Source: Alphaproteobacteria bacterium
Lineage (GTDB): Bacteria; Pseudomonadota; Alphaproteobacteria; GM7ARS4; G965262615
Length of the DNA: 64,000 nt
Reading direction: 5' to 3'
Assembly: GCA_965262615.1 (NCBI GenBank)
Contig: OZ253545.1
Coordinates: 960,001 to 1,024,000, forward strand
Shown: positions 18,914 through 33,134 of the stretch, piece by piece
Numbering within the stretch: the first letter of the stretch is position 1
How the letters are laid out: each line of letters begins with the position of its first letter
Position numbers and translations under genes: made by a program
Notes under the pieces: model-generated
What the model saw: the letters and a program-made list of their open reading frames with translations, nothing else
Told to the model about the DNA's origin: nothing
The model's database searches: none

Positions 18914-20732
18914 AATAGAAGGGGGCAAAGATGCTGAAGACAATCCATAACAGCAGCGTGAGTGGCGCGCCAAAGCGGACAAAATCGCCAAAGCGGTAGT
19001 GTCCCACCCCCATGACCAGAATGTTGGTTTGATAGCCGATGGGGGTGACAAAGCAACAGTTGGCGGCAAAAATGACGGTGATGGCAAAAATCATGGGATC
19101 TGCGCCAATGGCATTGGCAATGCTGATGGCAACAGGCGTGAAAATAACGGCGCAGGCGTTGTTGCTGATGAGGTTGGTGAAAATAGCCACCAGCAAAAAG
19201 AAAATAGAGATGATGCCAGCCGTGCCAACAAAATCAAAGATGTGAATGAGCTGTTCAGCCAGCAGGGCAGCCGCGCCTGTCTTCAGCAGAATCGTTCCCA
19301 ATGCCAGGCTAGAGCCGATGAGCAAGAACAGATTGGGTTCAATGGCGCGCGCGGCGCGTCTGACATTGAGCACCCCACTGAGCAGCATGGCGGTTGCGCC
19401 CATGATGGCTGCCACCACGATGGGGACGACTTCTGATGCCGCAAGGGCGATGGTGCTCAAAAAAATATAATTGGCGCGCCGTGCCATGATGGGTGAAGGG
19501 ATGTGGGTTTCGGCATTTTCAATGGTGAGCACATCGCGCGTGAGATAGAGATGACGGAGATCATTTTGTGCCCCGCGCAAGAGGAGGATGTCGCCGGCTT
19601 CCAGGGGGGCATCGGTGAGGCGTGTCTGGCGCACCATGCCGCGCCGCTGCAATCCGAGAACGATGACTTTGTAGCGATAGCGAAAAGCGAGGCGTTCCAG
19701 TGTCTGTCCCACAAGGCGCGAGGCGGGGGTCACCATCACTTCGGTGAGAACATGGGGGTTGTCTTCGTTGGTGCTGATTGTGCCGTCTTGGGCGGTGATG
19801 TGTGAGAGGTCTTTCTTGGTGGCAAAAACAATGAGCACATCTCCCACATTCAGCGTGACATTATGAAAAGGGATGGTGAAGGCGCGCTCGCCTCGTTGAA
19901 TCATGTGGATGCGAATGGCGCCGGCATTGGGCAGACGCGAATCGGTGATGACCTCACCCCTCCATTGCGACTTGGTCGTAATTCTAATTTCTGCCAAAAA
20001 AAGCTTTTGACTGGTCTCTTCTTGTTTGATGAATTCCGAAGCAAACGAAGCGCGCTCCACCAACAAATAGCGTGACGCAATCAGCACATAAAGGATGCCG
20101 GTTGCCGCCAGCAACACACCGGGGACGGTGAAGTCAAAGAAATGAAGCGGCGGCAGTCCGATGTCATTGAGGGATGAGGAGACCAGCAGATTGGTGCTAG
20201 AGCCGATGAGGGTCGTCATGCCGCCGAGAATGGCGGCAAAGCTGAGAGGCATCATGAGGCGACTGGGAGATTGCGAAAAACCCGCCGCCAATTGCTGCAT
20301 GATGGGAATGAACATCAAAACCACAGGCGTGTTGTTGAGAAAACCACTGATGACAGCCACACACAGCAATGCCAGAATGATGGCGAGGATGGGAAAATTT
20401 TGAATACGCGTCAAAATCGGCTGCACGAAGCCATCCAAAGCGGCGGTATAGTTGAGTCCTTGCGAGACCACCAGCAGTGCCAGCACCGCAATCAATGCGG
20501 GGTTGCCAAAGCCTTTGAGGATGTCTTCCAAACTGATGGAAAACGATGCCTCAGGACTCACGGGAAACAGGCTGTAGAAAATCAGCAGCACTCCCAAAAT
20601 AATCAAAGAAGTCACGGCTATGGGGACATAGTCAAGGGCATACAAGACAATCGCCCCACTGACGAGCAGCAGTGCCATCCCAATGTGTATGTCGGCGGAG
20701 AGTGGATACATGAAAGTGAGGGGAATGAGCAA
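18903..20732 (-). CDS. SLC13/DASS family permease with two TrkA-C domains
   Basis: SGFLNNTPVV, LGGMTTLIGSSTNL, TPIGYQTN; start may be the internal MYPL ATG. Confidence 0.9.
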   Translation of the reverse strand: MLIPLTFMYPLSADIHIGMALLLVSGAIVLYALDYVPIAVTSLIILGVLLIFYSLFPVSPEASFSISLEDILKGFGNPALIAVLALLVVSQGLNYTAALDGFVQPILTRIQNFPILAIILALLCVAVISGFLNNTPVVLMFIPIMQQLAAGFSQSPSRLMMPLSFAAILGGMTTLIGSSTNLLVSSSLNDIGLPPLHFFDFTVPGVLLAATGILYVLIASRYLLVERASFASEFIKQEETSQKLFLAEIRITTKSQWRGEVITDSRLPNAGAIRIHMIQRGERAFTIPFHNVTLNVGDVLIVFATKKDLSHITAQDGTISTNEDNPHVLTEVMVTPASRLVGQTLERLAFRYRYKVIVLGLQRRGMVRQTRLTDAPLEAGDILLLRGAQNDLRHLYLTRDVLTIENAETHIPSPIMARRANYIFLSTIALAASEVVPIVVAAIMGATAMLLSGVLNVRRAARAIEPNLFLLIGSSLALGTILLKTGAAALLAEQLIHIFDFVGTAGIISIFFLLVAIFTNLISNNACAVIFTPVAISIANAIGADPMIFAITVIFAANCCFVTPIGYQTNILVMGVGHYRFGDFVRFGAPLTLLLWIVFSIFAPFYYDL

Positions 20733-20809
20733 TCAAAGAAATCATCATAGCAAAAGTCATGATACGGGGGCAATGGCTGTTTTTTTTCAGATTGTATGCT
20801 ATGGTGTGA

Positions 20810-23199
<2,390 letters not shown>

Positions 23200-23213
<14 letters not shown>

Positions 23214-24582
23214 GGGAGCGTTGTTCCATCAATTCTGCCAGTTGCGTGACGATTTTTTCGGCGATGGCGGCATCATGGCTTTGCGCGGTGATGCGAATAC
23301 AGGGCTCAGTTCCCGAAGGACGCACCACCAGCGAGCCGCCGTGTTGTTTCAACGAATGTTGGGCACTTTCAACGGCGCGCGCAATGCCTTCTTCCTTGAG
23401 CAGTTGTCCTTGTCGGACGCACGCAACTTTATGTTCCACCGCAGGAATGGCGGTAAAGGGATGAAGCAACTGGCTGGCTTTGGTGTCGGTGTTTTTCATG
23501 ATGGCGAGAACCTCCAGTGCGGCGCGCAAGCCATCACCGCTCATGATGTCATCGTTATCGCCAAAGATAATGTGTCCCGAATGCTCGCCTCCCAGCACGG
23601 CGTTATGGTTCTGCATCATGCGCGCCACTTGGCGGTCACCCACATCGGCGCGCAGCAATTGCAAACCGACGGATTCCAAATAATGCTGCAGGGCGATGTT
23701 GCTCAAAGAAGTTCCCACCACATAGGGCGTGGGCATGGACTGGCTGTCAAGACGATGACGCGCCAGCACGGCGAGCAATTGATCGCCATTGGCGATGTGT
23801 CCGTGTTCATCCACCAAAATGACGCGATCGCCATCGCCGTCAAGGGCGATGCCAATATCGGCATTTTCTAAAATCACGCGTTCTCGCAATGCTTCAGGAT
23901 GGGTCGCGCCACAGCCATCATTGATATTGATGCCATTGGGGTCAGCACCGATGGTGACCACATCGCCCTCCAGTTCCCACAAGATGGTGGGAGCGATTTT
24001 ATAGCTCGCGCCGTGCGCGCAATCAATGACGACTTTCATCCCATGCAGATTGAGGTTTTTCGGCATACGGCTTTTGACAAATTCAATGGCGCGTCCTTTG
24101 GCATCCTCCAGACGGCGAGCTCTGCCCACAGCATGATGAATTCCTTGAGTGTAGGTTTTGTCACGCAGACACTGTTCAATGTGTTGTTGGGTGTCATCGT
24201 CTATTTTGTGTCCGTGGGGTGTGAAGAATTTGATGCCATTGTCGTGGTAGGGATTGTGAGAGGCGGAGATGACCACGCCAATATCACAGCGCATACTGCG
24301 GGTGAGCATGGCGATGGCGGGGGTGGGCAACGGTCCCACCAAAATGACTTCCATTCCCATCGCGGTGAAGCCTGCGCTCATGGCGTTTTCAATCATGTAA
24401 CCGGACAAACGGGTGTCCTTGCCGATGATGACACGGTGTTTGTGGTCGCCGCGCCGCATCACATGGGCAACCGCCATGGCGATTTGCAAGGTGGTGACAC
24501 CATCCATCGGTGCGACATTGGCTTTGCCGCGAATGCCATCTGTGCCAAAAAGTGGCGCGTCTTTCACAACATGATTGTGCAT
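23200..24582 (-). CDS. glmM: Phosphoglucosamine mutase
   Basis: FGTDGIRG, SASHNP, DGDGDR, RPSGTEP. Confidence 0.97.
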
Positions 24583-24630
24583 AGGAATGGTGTGCGAGGT
24601 TTGCGATTTTTTGTCAACGCAAAGTTCGTT

Positions 24631-25704
24631 TCAATTTGTAACAAGGGTGCGCCACACGGCAAGAGCTTGTTTTGTCTGTGCCACATCATGCACCCGCAGC
24701 AGTGAGACACCGCGCGCCGCCATCATGACGGCGGCGGTTACCGAGCCTGCCAATCGTTGTTGGGGGTCATTGTGTGGCGCGCAATCATCAATGAAGCGTT
24801 TGCGAGACACCCCAATTAAAAGAGGACAACCAAGCGTGTGAAAAAGGGCGATATGAGTCAAAAGGGCGCGGTTGTGTTCTTTGTTTTTACCAAAACCAAT
24901 GCCGGGGTCTATGATGAGACGGCTGGCATCAATGCCCTCGTTTTTGAGGATGGTGATGCGGTTTGCGAGAAAATCATAGATATCTAGCAGAGCGTCATCG
25001 TAGTGGGGATTGTCCTGCATGGTGGTGGGGTCATCACCCATGTGCATGATGATGATGGGCAGCTGGTGACTTTGGCAAAAAGGGATGGATTGCGAGTCGT
25101 GGGTGAGCCCGCTCACATCATTGATGATGGTCGCCCCTGCCGCCACCGCTTGCTTCATGGTCTCGCTGTGACGAGAATCAATGGAGATGGGAACACTGCC
25201 TTGCGTTGCCAATGCGGCAATGACTGGCTTGACGCGCGCAATCTCATCGGTCGGCGCAACGGGCGTGGCATAGGGACGGGTGGATTCGCCGCCCACATCA
25301 ATCACCGCCGACCCTTGTTTCTGCAACGCCAGACCGTGCGCCACCGCCGCATCGGTGTCATGATACAAACCGCCATCAGAAAAGCTGTCTGGTGTCACAT
25401 TGACGATTCCCATAAGAGATGGCTCATTGCCGTCATGGAGAAACGAGAAGTGATGTTTTTCTTGCAATCTCGTCAAACAGATCTCAGCATAATCACCTCC
25501 CTCTTTGCCGAAATGTTGATGGATATAGGAAGACGCGTTTGCCAAAGACAATGGCGGATGAGAGACGCGAGCGCGCGTGGCATCACGCTCATGAATCATG
25601 ACCGATGAGAAAAAAACAAACGATGATTCGGCAAGAGCCATGCTGTCAGGCGCGCCAGTGCCATAGGAAAAGCCGCAAGGCTCAAGATAAAGGGGCATCG
25701 TCAA
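24631..25704 (-). CDS. folP: Dihydropteroate synthase
   Basis: [40 protein letters not shown]. Confidence 0.96.
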   Translation of the reverse strand: MTMPLYLEPCGFSYGTGAPDSMALAESSFVFFSSVMIHERDATRARVSHPPLSLANASSYIHQHFGKEGGDYAEICLTRLQEKHHFSFLHDGNEPSLMGIVNVTPDSFSDGGLYHDTDAAVAHGLALQKQGSAVIDVGGESTRPYATPVAPTDEIARVKPVIAALATQGSVPISIDSRHSETMKQAVAAGATIINDVSGLTHDSQSIPFCQSHQLPIIIMHMGDDPTTMQDNPHYDDALLDIYDFLANRITILKNEGIDASRLIIDPGIGFGKNKEHNRALLTHIALFHTLGCPLLIGVSRKRFIDDCAPHNDPQQRLAGSVTAAVMMAARGVSLLRVHDVAQTKQALAVWRTLVTN

Positions 25705-27629
25705 GTGGCGGTGGCGGGAGAGGTGTCATCGCGCCGCCGCGGCGATGATGTGGTCACAGGAATGGCAGAATGACGAGGTTCGGGGGCATCGTCATCATCG
25801 TCAATATTTTCCATCGGCGGAAGTTTCTTGCCACTGATGACGACCCGTGCTTCATCGCCTGTGAGTGTTTCGCGCTCCAGCAGAGCCTCGCTGAGCAGGC
25901 GCAGTTCTTTTTTGTGTTTGGTCAGTGTTTTGCGTGCGGTTTGTTCGCCTTCGTCAACGATGCGGCGCACTTCTTCGTCAATCAGCCGTGCGGTGGCATC
26001 GGATACATTTTTGCGCTGGGTGATGCTGTGACCCAAAAAGATTTCTTGTTCATCCTCACTGTAGCGCAAAGGTCCCAATTGATCGCTCATGCCCCATTCG
26101 GTCACCATGGAGCGTGCCGCACTGGTGGCTTGCATGATGTCATTGGACGCGCCAGAGGTAATATTTTCTTTGCCAAAGATGATTTCTTCGGCGACTCGTC
26201 CGCCGAACATCATGGCGATGCGCGCCATCATTTCTTTTTTGTTGATGTTGTAGCGATCGCGCTCAGGCAGATTCATGGTGACCCCCAACGCTCGCCCCCG
26301 TGGAATGATGGTCACCTTGTGCAAGGGATCATTGCCTTCAATGAGCATGCCAACGATGGCGTGTCCTGCCTCGTGATAGGCGGTGAGCTCGCGTTCTTTT
26401 TCCGTCATGACCATAGAGCGGCGTTCTGCCCCCATCATGACTTTATCTTTGGCATCTTCAAATTCGGTCATGGTGACCATGTTTTTGTCGCGGCGGGCGG
26501 CAAGCAGGGTGGCTTCATTGACCAAATTGGCAAGGTCTGCGCCCGAAAATCCCGGTGTGCCGCGCGCCAAGATGCTTACTTTGACATCAGGCGCGGGCTT
26601 GATGCGTCCCACATGCACCTTCAAGATGGCTTCTCGTCCTCTGAGGTCCGGCACAGGGACGACAATCTGGCGGTCAAAACGACCAGGGCGCAACAGGGCG
26701 GGATCTAAAACATCAGGACGATTGGTGGCGGCGATGAGAATCACCCCACTGTTGCTGGCAAAGCCGTCCATCTCCACCAAAATCTGATTGAGGGTTTGCT
26801 CACGCTCATCATTACCACCGCCCAGACCCGCACCACGATGACGACCCACCGCATCAATCTCATCCATAAAAACGATGCATGGCGCGTGCTTCTTGGCTTG
26901 TTCAAACATGTCGCGCACGCGACTCGCGCCCACGCCCACAAACATTTCAACAAAGTCAGAGCCCGATATGATGAGAAACGGAACGCCCGCCTCGCCAGCC
27001 ACCGCCCGCGCAAGGAGAGTCTTGCCAGTGCCCGGTGAGCCCACCAGCAACACACCCCGTGGAATTTTGCCTCCCAACCGTTCAAACTTTTGCGGCGAGC
27101 GCAGAAATTCAACAATCTCTTGCAAATCTTCTTTGGCTTCATCCACGCCCGCCACATCGGCAAAGGTGACTTTTTCCTGATTTTGATTGACCATGCGCGC
27201 GCGCGAGCGTCCAAACCCCATCGCCCGATTGCCACCTTGCGCGTTTTGCATGAAGAAAAACCACAGCCCCATCAAGACGAAAAACGGCAGCCAGTATATG
27301 AACAATCCCAAAATGCCGGGGGAATCATCCTCTTCCGGCAGAGCCTTGATTTTGACTTGGGGAGCTTCCCTGCTGAGCCAATCCACAAACTGTGCCCCCT
27401 CAGGCATGTAACTGACAAACTGTGAGCCATCCGATAGCGTGCCTTCAATGGTGCGTCTCTTGACGGTGACATCACTCACTCTGCCCTGACGAGCATTGGT
27501 GAGCAAATCGGAATAGACAATCTCTTGACGATTGTGATGGCGTTCCCCGCCAGAGACCGCACCGTAGAGCATCACCACCAACAGCAGTGAGAGCAAAAAT
27601 AAACCGAGATGTTTTTGACTATTCTTCAT
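25701..27629 (-). CDS. ftsH: ATP-dependent zinc metalloprotease FtsH
   Basis: Two TM helices, [21 protein letters not shown]. Confidence 0.98.
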   Translation of the reverse strand: MKNSQKHLGLFLLSLLLVVMLYGAVSGGERHHNRQEIVYSDLLTNARQGRVSDVTVKRRTIEGTLSDGSQFVSYMPEGAQFVDWLSREAPQVKIKALPEEDDSPGILGLFIYWLPFFVLMGLWFFFMQNAQGGNRAMGFGRSRARMVNQNQEKVTFADVAGVDEAKEDLQEIVEFLRSPQKFERLGGKIPRGVLLVGSPGTGKTLLARAVAGEAGVPFLIISGSDFVEMFVGVGASRVRDMFEQAKKHAPCIVFMDEIDAVGRHRGAGLGGGNDEREQTLNQILVEMDGFASNSGVILIAATNRPDVLDPALLRPGRFDRQIVVPVPDLRGREAILKVHVGRIKPAPDVKVSILARGTPGFSGADLANLVNEATLLAARRDKNMVTMTEFEDAKDKVMMGAERRSMVMTEKERELTAYHEAGHAIVGMLIEGNDPLHKVTIIPRGRALGVTMNLPERDRYNINKKEMMARIAMMFGGRVAEEIIFGKENITSGASNDIMQATSAARSMVTEWGMSDQLGPLRYSEDEQEIFLGHSITQRKNVSDATARLIDEEVRRIVDEGEQTARKTLTKHKKELRLLSEALLERETLTGDEARVVISGKKLPPMENIDDDDDAPEPRHSAIPVTTSSPRRRDDTSPATAT

Positions 27630-27672
27630 GAATCATTGTCACAACGATGAGGTAGGACACAAGACGGCTGCG

Positions 27673-28968
27673 TCAAGTGACGGTGCGCACGGGCTGAAAC
27701 CGAGCCGTCACTGTGCGATAACAATCGCTTGAATGCAAGACAATGTCAAGAGATGGCACACAAAGCAATTCATGATTCTTATTCCACAGAGCAGGCAGAC
27801 TCATGAAGATGTCGGCTGGCAAGCGCGGCAGGTCATGATGCTTGATGGCATGCCAGCCGCTCTGACGCAACGGACGCACCATTGATGATGGAACAGAAGC
27901 TTTACTCAGAAGTTCAAAGCGATTGTCCCACAGCGTGGGGTCTCCTTTTGGCAAATTGCATGACTCCTTGATGAGTGCCACCTCACGATAGACAATCCAC
28001 CACTGTCCTCGCAGACGGCTGATGACGCAGCCGTGCAGCGTGCGGCTTTCCTTGTTCATGATGGCATCGCGTAACGCCAGCACATTCTCCAAACGAGGCA
28101 TGACGCACCGCCCGCCCACCATCTGCAGAACAGACGACAACAGACGCAAATGAATCTCCTCACTGTGGCTCAACAGCTGGCAACGATGATACATCACACA
28201 TCCCAGTGGTGAGACTTGCAATGTGGCAGCCGCGGCGGTGGCGCAATCATGCTCAAGAGCCTTGCGGGCGCGCCGCAGGCGGCGCGTGGTGTCACTGAGG
28301 CGGGTGCGCGGCATCAATTCATTCAGCAGTTCCTCATGCTGACGCAGACGCACCCGAGCAAAACGACTGTCATCATTGCTGTCGTCATCCACATAGGCAA
28401 TGGCGTGATGCTTGATGGTGGCGTGAAGACGACTGCGAGGAACGCTCAGCAACGGACGCAGCAGGCGCGTGGCGCGTCCGTAGCGGCAGGGTGTCATCGC
28501 CGCCAGTCCATAGACACCACTGCCGCGCGCCAGGCGCAGAAGCAGTGTTTCCGCCTGATCATTGTCATGATGAGCCACAAGCAGATGAAGAATATCATGC
28601 CGCTCACAGTAATCTTCCATGAGCCGATAGCGCGCGTTGCGAGCGCGCATTTGCACATTGCCGCCCGCCTCAATGGAGGCGGTGAGAATGGTGGCTTTGA
28701 TTTTCATCTTTTGCAGATTTTTTTTGGTTTGTTTGGCTTGGCGTGCGGATGCCGCTTGCAAGCCATGGTCAACAATCAACCCTTCCATGTGGCACTGGTG
28801 ATGGCGACACCATCGCTCGGTGAGAAAGGCAAGAGCCATGCTGTCTTGTCCGCCCGATACGGCAACCGCCAGTGTGGCATGAGATTCAAAGGGAGCGAGT
28901 GTCTCCATCAATGTGGTGAATTCGCCATCGGTGATGGGCGCGCTTCGCGCACTCATAATGTGATGCAA
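27673..28968 (-). CDS. tilS: tRNA(Ile)-lysidine synthase
   Basis: AVSGGQDS, AHHDNDQAET, RPLL; upstream of ftsH. Confidence 0.93.
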   Translation of the reverse strand: MHHIMSARSAPITDGEFTTLMETLAPFESHATLAVAVSGGQDSMALAFLTERWCRHHQCHMEGLIVDHGLQAASARQAKQTKKNLQKMKIKATILTASIEAGGNVQMRARNARYRLMEDYCERHDILHLLVAHHDNDQAETLLLRLARGSGVYGLAAMTPCRYGRATRLLRPLLSVPRSRLHATIKHHAIAYVDDDSNDDSRFARVRLRQHEELLNELMPRTRLSDTTRRLRRARKALEHDCATAAAATLQVSPLGCVMYHRCQLLSHSEEIHLRLLSSVLQMVGGRCVMPRLENVLALRDAIMNKESRTLHGCVISRLRGQWWIVYREVALIKESCNLPKGDPTLWDNRFELLSKASVPSSMVRPLRQSGWHAIKHHDLPRLPADIFMSLPALWNKNHELLCVPSLDIVLHSSDCYRTVTARFQPVRTVT

Positions 28969-29597
28969 GACAGACGCTGATACTCACTGCGCTGTTTTTG
29001 TAAAATGCGTTCATGTCCTGTGGGAAACAATTGAGGAATTTGACCAAGGGCGCGACAGGCGGCGGGGATTTCGCCGATGAAGCTCAAAGACATGGCGAGT
29101 TTGAGCAAATTATCGGCGGCTTTGTTGCCTTGGGGATCGTTTTCAAAGGATTCGCCAAATTGTGTCGCCGCCTGATGATACATCTTGCGAGCATAAAAAC
29201 TCTCCCCCAGCCAATAGCGAGCATTCGCGGCAAGAGCGTCATCGGCGTGATGCTGTAAAAACGCTCTAAAGGATTGTTCCGCTTGAGCAAAGTCACCCTC
29301 TTTGAGAAAATTGCGTCCCTCCTCATAAATTGATGCTGGAATTGATGATGGAATTGATGATGGAATTGATGATGGAATTGATGATGGCTCACCTTTTTTT
29401 GCTGATTTTTTGTCATCTGTCTGCTCCAGTGCATGGCGCAAACGCTCCACTTCCCCTCGCAGTTCAGACACTTCTTCTTCCAAAATGGACAGACGCATTT
29501 CCACTCGTGAGGCATCATGCAATTGTGCCACCGCAGGCGACATCGTCATGAGCCAAGACAATGCAAGCAATAAGACCAAAGGCGGATTAAGATACAT
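28953..29597 (-). CDS. cpoB: Tol-Pal system protein YbgF/CpoB
   Basis: Signal peptide, coiled coil, ANARYWLGESFY, KAADNLLKLAMSL; position before tilS. Confidence 0.85.
   Translation of the reverse strand: MYLNPPLVLLLALSWLMTMSPAVAQLHDASRVEMRLSILEEEVSELRGEVERLRHALEQTDDKKSAKKGEPSSIPSSIPSSIPSSIPASIYEEGRNFLKEGDFAQAEQSFRAFLQHHADDALAANARYWLGESFYARKMYHQAATQFGESFENDPQGNKAADNLLKLAMSLSFIGEIPAACRALGQIPQLFPTGHERILQKQRSEYQRLSCITL
29328..29387. repeat. 12-bp tandem repeat x5 encoding (PSSI)n in the CpoB linker
   Basis: aattgatgatgg units, one variant. Confidence 0.9.
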
Positions 29598-29650
29598 CTT
29601 GTGTCACCGTCATTTATCTTATACCATCACGACAGGTAAGAAAACACACC

Positions 29651-30865
29651 ATGACAATATCTTACAATCATACGATGCAAACACCAAGAGGATGGTTTTT
29701 GGGTTTGTGTGTCGCGAGTGTTCTTCTCACCGCGTGTGGTGGAGCGCAATCACCTCGTTTTGTCAACAATGTGTTTGCTCGTGCCGACCAATTGTATAAC
29801 ACCGGCAATTATAATGAGGCGGCGGCTTTGTATCGCCGTCTGCTCAATGATGAAGACCAACTGCCTGATGAATTGCTCGTTGAGATCTATAGCCGTCTCG
29901 CCGATTCCTATAATCAGTTGGAACAGCCTGAGGCGGCGGTGGTCATTTTGCAAAAGTATCTGGAACTGGACGCATCCGACAGTGAGATCAATTACAAAAT
30001 GGGCAAGAGCTTGCTGGCACTGGACAGGGTGGAAGAAGCCAGCATTCATTTTCGTCAGATGCTGGGATACGGCAGTGATACCAAAGCCTATAATGGCATC
30101 GGTGTGACGATGGATTTGCTTGCCGAGCATCGTGAGGCGCAACTGATGTATCTCAAGGGGCTGGAGATTGATTCTGATTATATTCCCATTTTGAATAATT
30201 TGGCATTGTCCTATGTGCTCAGTGGTGACAGCGATGAAGCCATCAAGATTTTCAAACGCATCAATTTTGGACGCACCGGCAATCCGAAATTGCGTCAGAA
30301 TTTGGCGATGGCGTATGCGATGGTGGGCAATGAGCAGGAGGCGGAACGGGTGAGTCGCATTGACTTGACTCCAGAGGAGGCTCAGCAGAATCTTGATTTT
30401 TTCGGTCGCTTGCGAGACCAGCGCATTCAGGCTCTGCTGGGACATGATTCCATTGCCGCCACGCAGGAGGATATTTTATCGCAAGTCATCGGCGGAAAAG
30501 GTGATATAAGAGATGAAGAGGCAGACAAGAAGTCAGATGACAAGAAATCAGATGACAAGAAATCAGACGACAAGAAATCAGACGACATGGCGGGCGGCAC
30601 ACGCATGAGTGGTGACATGCCAGAGACGGGAAGATTCACGGTGCAAATTGGGGTTTATCGCAATCGGGTGATTGCTCAAAACACCGCTCGCCAATTGCAG
30701 CAGGCAGGATTCAAACCGCGCCTGCATGATTATGAAAAAAAAGATGGCGAGTATCAGGTGTTGCGGCTGGGAGACTTTGAATCAAGCAAACAAGCCCGCC
30801 AAATGGTGCGGACAATTTATGGCAAGACGCAGCTGCTGGGCGAGATTTATCTGTTGGAAGAATGA
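29651..30865 (+). CDS. TPR lipoprotein with C-terminal SPOR domain
   Basis: Lipobox LLTAC, TPR helices (AYNGIGV, NNLALSY, RQNLAMAY), FTVQIGVY...LRLGDF. Confidence 0.8.
   Translation: MTISYNHTMQTPRGWFLGLCVASVLLTACGGAQSPRFVNNVFARADQLYNTGNYNEAAALYRRLLNDEDQLPDELLVEIYSRLADSYNQLEQPEAAVVILQKYLELDASDSEINYKMGKSLLALDRVEEASIHFRQMLGYGSDTKAYNGIGVTMDLLAEHREAQLMYLKGLEIDSDYIPILNNLALSYVLSGDSDEAIKIFKRINFGRTGNPKLRQNLAMAYAMVGNEQEAERVSRIDLTPEEAQQNLDFFGRLRDQRIQALLGHDSIAATQEDILSQVIGGKGDIRDEEADKKSDDKKSDDKKSDDKKSDDMAGGTRMSGDMPETGRFTVQIGVYRNRVIAQNTARQLQQAGFKPRLHDYEKKDGEYQVLRLGDFESSKQARQMVRTIYGKTQLLGEIYLLEE
30524..30586 (+). repeat. 15-bp tandem repeat x4 encoding (DKKSD)n
   Basis: gacaagaartcagay units. Confidence 0.9.
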
Positions 30866-30868
30866 CGG

Positions 30869-33079
30869 CTACAGGGAATTACCTTTGCCAATAGATCTGG
30901 TCATGCCCATCTTTGGACGAGGCTTGGGGATGGGCGGTGTTTTCATCACCCGCTGACGCTTTGCCCCCATGGTGCGCTCGCTGACGCGCTCTTTGGGCAT
31001 TTTCATCACATAACTATTGCGCGGTGATGCCAGCGTGATGCCTTGTCTGTGAGCATCACCGTGAGGCAACAGGTGACGATACACATACAGTCCTGCCAGA
31101 ACATTTTGCACATAGTGGCGCGTCTCATAAAGGGTGATGGATTCCACCCAAAATGGCACATCCACATTGCCGTAGCGAGGGTCGCCGAATTGTTCAATCC
31201 ATGAAATGGCGCGATGCTCACCGGCATTGTAGGCACTCACCGCAACCAAATATGAGCCGTGATACTTGTTGAGAAGGTAGGTGAGGTAGGCTCTGCCGAG
31301 GGTGATGTTGTAATCTCTGTCGGCAAGCATTTTTCTGCGATCAAAGGGGATGCCATACTCTTGGGCGATGCGCTGTCCCGTGCGCGGCATGATTTGCATG
31401 GCACCATGGGCACCGGCAGGGCTCAGAACCTTTCTCGCTGTGAAGGCACTCTCTTGGCGAATGATGGAATAGACAAGAGCTTTTTCCACAACAAAAGGAG
31501 GAGGCGGCGCAGCTTCGTTGTCATCTAGGGCGATGTGCAGAGGGCTCTCGTCAATAGCAAAGGGCATGGGATAATGAACGGGGTGATCGGGTGCTCCTTG
31601 ACGCAAGAACTGATGACCCATTGCCACCATCAAATCATGAGAGCCATAAAGGCGCAGCAGCTCAACGATGCGGCGGATGAGATGAGCATGGTGGTCGCGA
31701 TGGGAAACCAACTCACGAATAAAAGGCATGGTGGAGGATATCGCGTTCCCATGAAGCAACAGCCGAATGAGGGTGAGAATTTCTTCTTCTTGGGCGGTGA
31801 GGGGATGTGTCTGCCCGGTGTCATCATGAGCAAAAATATCTTTGTTGTGATGATGCAAAGCCTCACGAGCTTGCTGTCCGTAGAAGGTGGTGGGCAACAG
31901 ACTGGCTTTGAGAAACCACTCGCGCGCAATTTTTTCTTGATTCATATCATCAGCCGAGCGACCCGCCCAGTAGGCGGCTCGTGCCGCCAGACGCGAGGCG
32001 GGCGTGCGCTCAAACAAATGGGAAAAATGACGATAGGCGGCGATTTTATCATCAAGATAGCGATAGGCAATCCAACCAGTCATCCACACTCCCTCATCAA
32101 AACCGCCGGGCCATAGCTGCGTGTGAGCTGAGGCAAGCGTGTAGGCATCGCTGTATTTTTTGTCATGAAGCAGTTGCTGAATGCGTTCTTCAAAATGATC
32201 CCACAGGGCGCGCGGGGCGAGCTTTTCGTAAGAATCGGTCTCGTGAATGAGTCGGCTATCCATGGCGATGTCGCCGAAGAGAATGCCCCACGGATTTTTA
32301 CGCAGCGCGTGACTCTCTTCCAGCAGGGCGCGCGGCAGGGTTCCTTCGCGCGGTTTGGTGAGTTTTTTCTCACGCCATGTGGTGGGGACGATGTGATGCT
32401 GGTCATCTTGTTTCAGGATGGCGGCGATTTGTGCAAAGTCTCCCTCGCGAAACAAACGCTCAAGGCGGGCGGCGGTGTCTTGGGGGGTGATGAGATGTCC
32501 GAATTGATCAAGAAATTGACGGCGCGTGGTGTCATCCATGTAGCTCTCGCGCCACAATTGACGAGACCCCCCCGTCACGCGGCGTTCGTTGCCTTGAGCA
32601 ATAAGAGCTTGCAAAAAGCGCGTGTGGGCGGCAAGGGTGATGGGCGGATAGGAATCAAACCAATCCACCACTTCTTGAGGTGAGGCGGAATCGGGCAGTT
32701 GCAGCTCGGTGGCAATGAGAAGCGTTTGGCGGTGAGGAAAGTATGTGCGCCGTTCAATGAAATCGCGCAACACACTGAACTGTCCCTTGTCTTCGTTGCG
32801 ATGGCGCACAAATCGCCACCAAGTGACATAATCGGACAGCAGTTGAAATCCCAGCACATTGGCTTCTTCTTGGGCGAGCGTGCCGTTGCCGTTGGTGAGG
32901 GCGGTGAGGATGCGTTTGAGAGATGCCTCATCCACACCGCGCACGGTGACACCATCTTTGGTGGTGAGGCTATAGAATGCGGGATTGGATTCGGGCGGGC
33001 GTTCAACGGGCAGAGGCGAAGGCGCGCGACTGATGGCATCAGGCGACCAAAGGAACAAAAGTAATAAAAAAATAGGCAT
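30869..33079 (-). CDS. Soluble lytic murein transglycosylase (Slt70-like)
   Basis: IIRQESAF, GAMQIMPRTG, AYNAG, ETRHYV; divergent from dapA; start probably MPIF. Confidence 0.88.
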   Translation of the reverse strand: MPIFLLLLFLWSPDAISRAPSPLPVERPPESNPAFYSLTTKDGVTVRGVDEASLKRILTALTNGNGTLAQEEANVLGFQLLSDYVTWWRFVRHRNEDKGQFSVLRDFIERRTYFPHRQTLLIATELQLPDSASPQEVVDWFDSYPPITLAAHTRFLQALIAQGNERRVTGGSRQLWRESYMDDTTRRQFLDQFGHLITPQDTAARLERLFREGDFAQIAAILKQDDQHHIVPTTWREKKLTKPREGTLPRALLEESHALRKNPWGILFGDIAMDSRLIHETDSYEKLAPRALWDHFEERIQQLLHDKKYSDAYTLASAHTQLWPGGFDEGVWMTGWIAYRYLDDKIAAYRHFSHLFERTPASRLAARAAYWAGRSADDMNQEKIAREWFLKASLLPTTFYGQQAREALHHHNKDIFAHDDTGQTHPLTAQEEEILTLIRLLLHGNAISSTMPFIRELVSHRDHHAHLIRRIVELLRLYGSHDLMVAMGHQFLRQGAPDHPVHYPMPFAIDESPLHIALDDNEAAPPPPFVVEKALVYSIIRQESAFTARKVLSPAGAHGAMQIMPRTGQRIAQEYGIPFDRRKMLADRDYNITLGRAYLTYLLNKYHGSYLVAVSAYNAGEHRAISWIEQFGDPRYGNVDVPFWVESITLYETRHYVQNVLAGLYVYRHLLPHGDAHRQGITLASPRNSYVMKMPKERVSERTMGAKRQRVMKTPPIPKPRPKMGMTRSIGKGNSL

Positions 33080-33134
33080 GGATCGCGGTCTTGCCGATGA
33101 AGTCTCTCTTGCATAGAATAGGAAAATAATTGCC

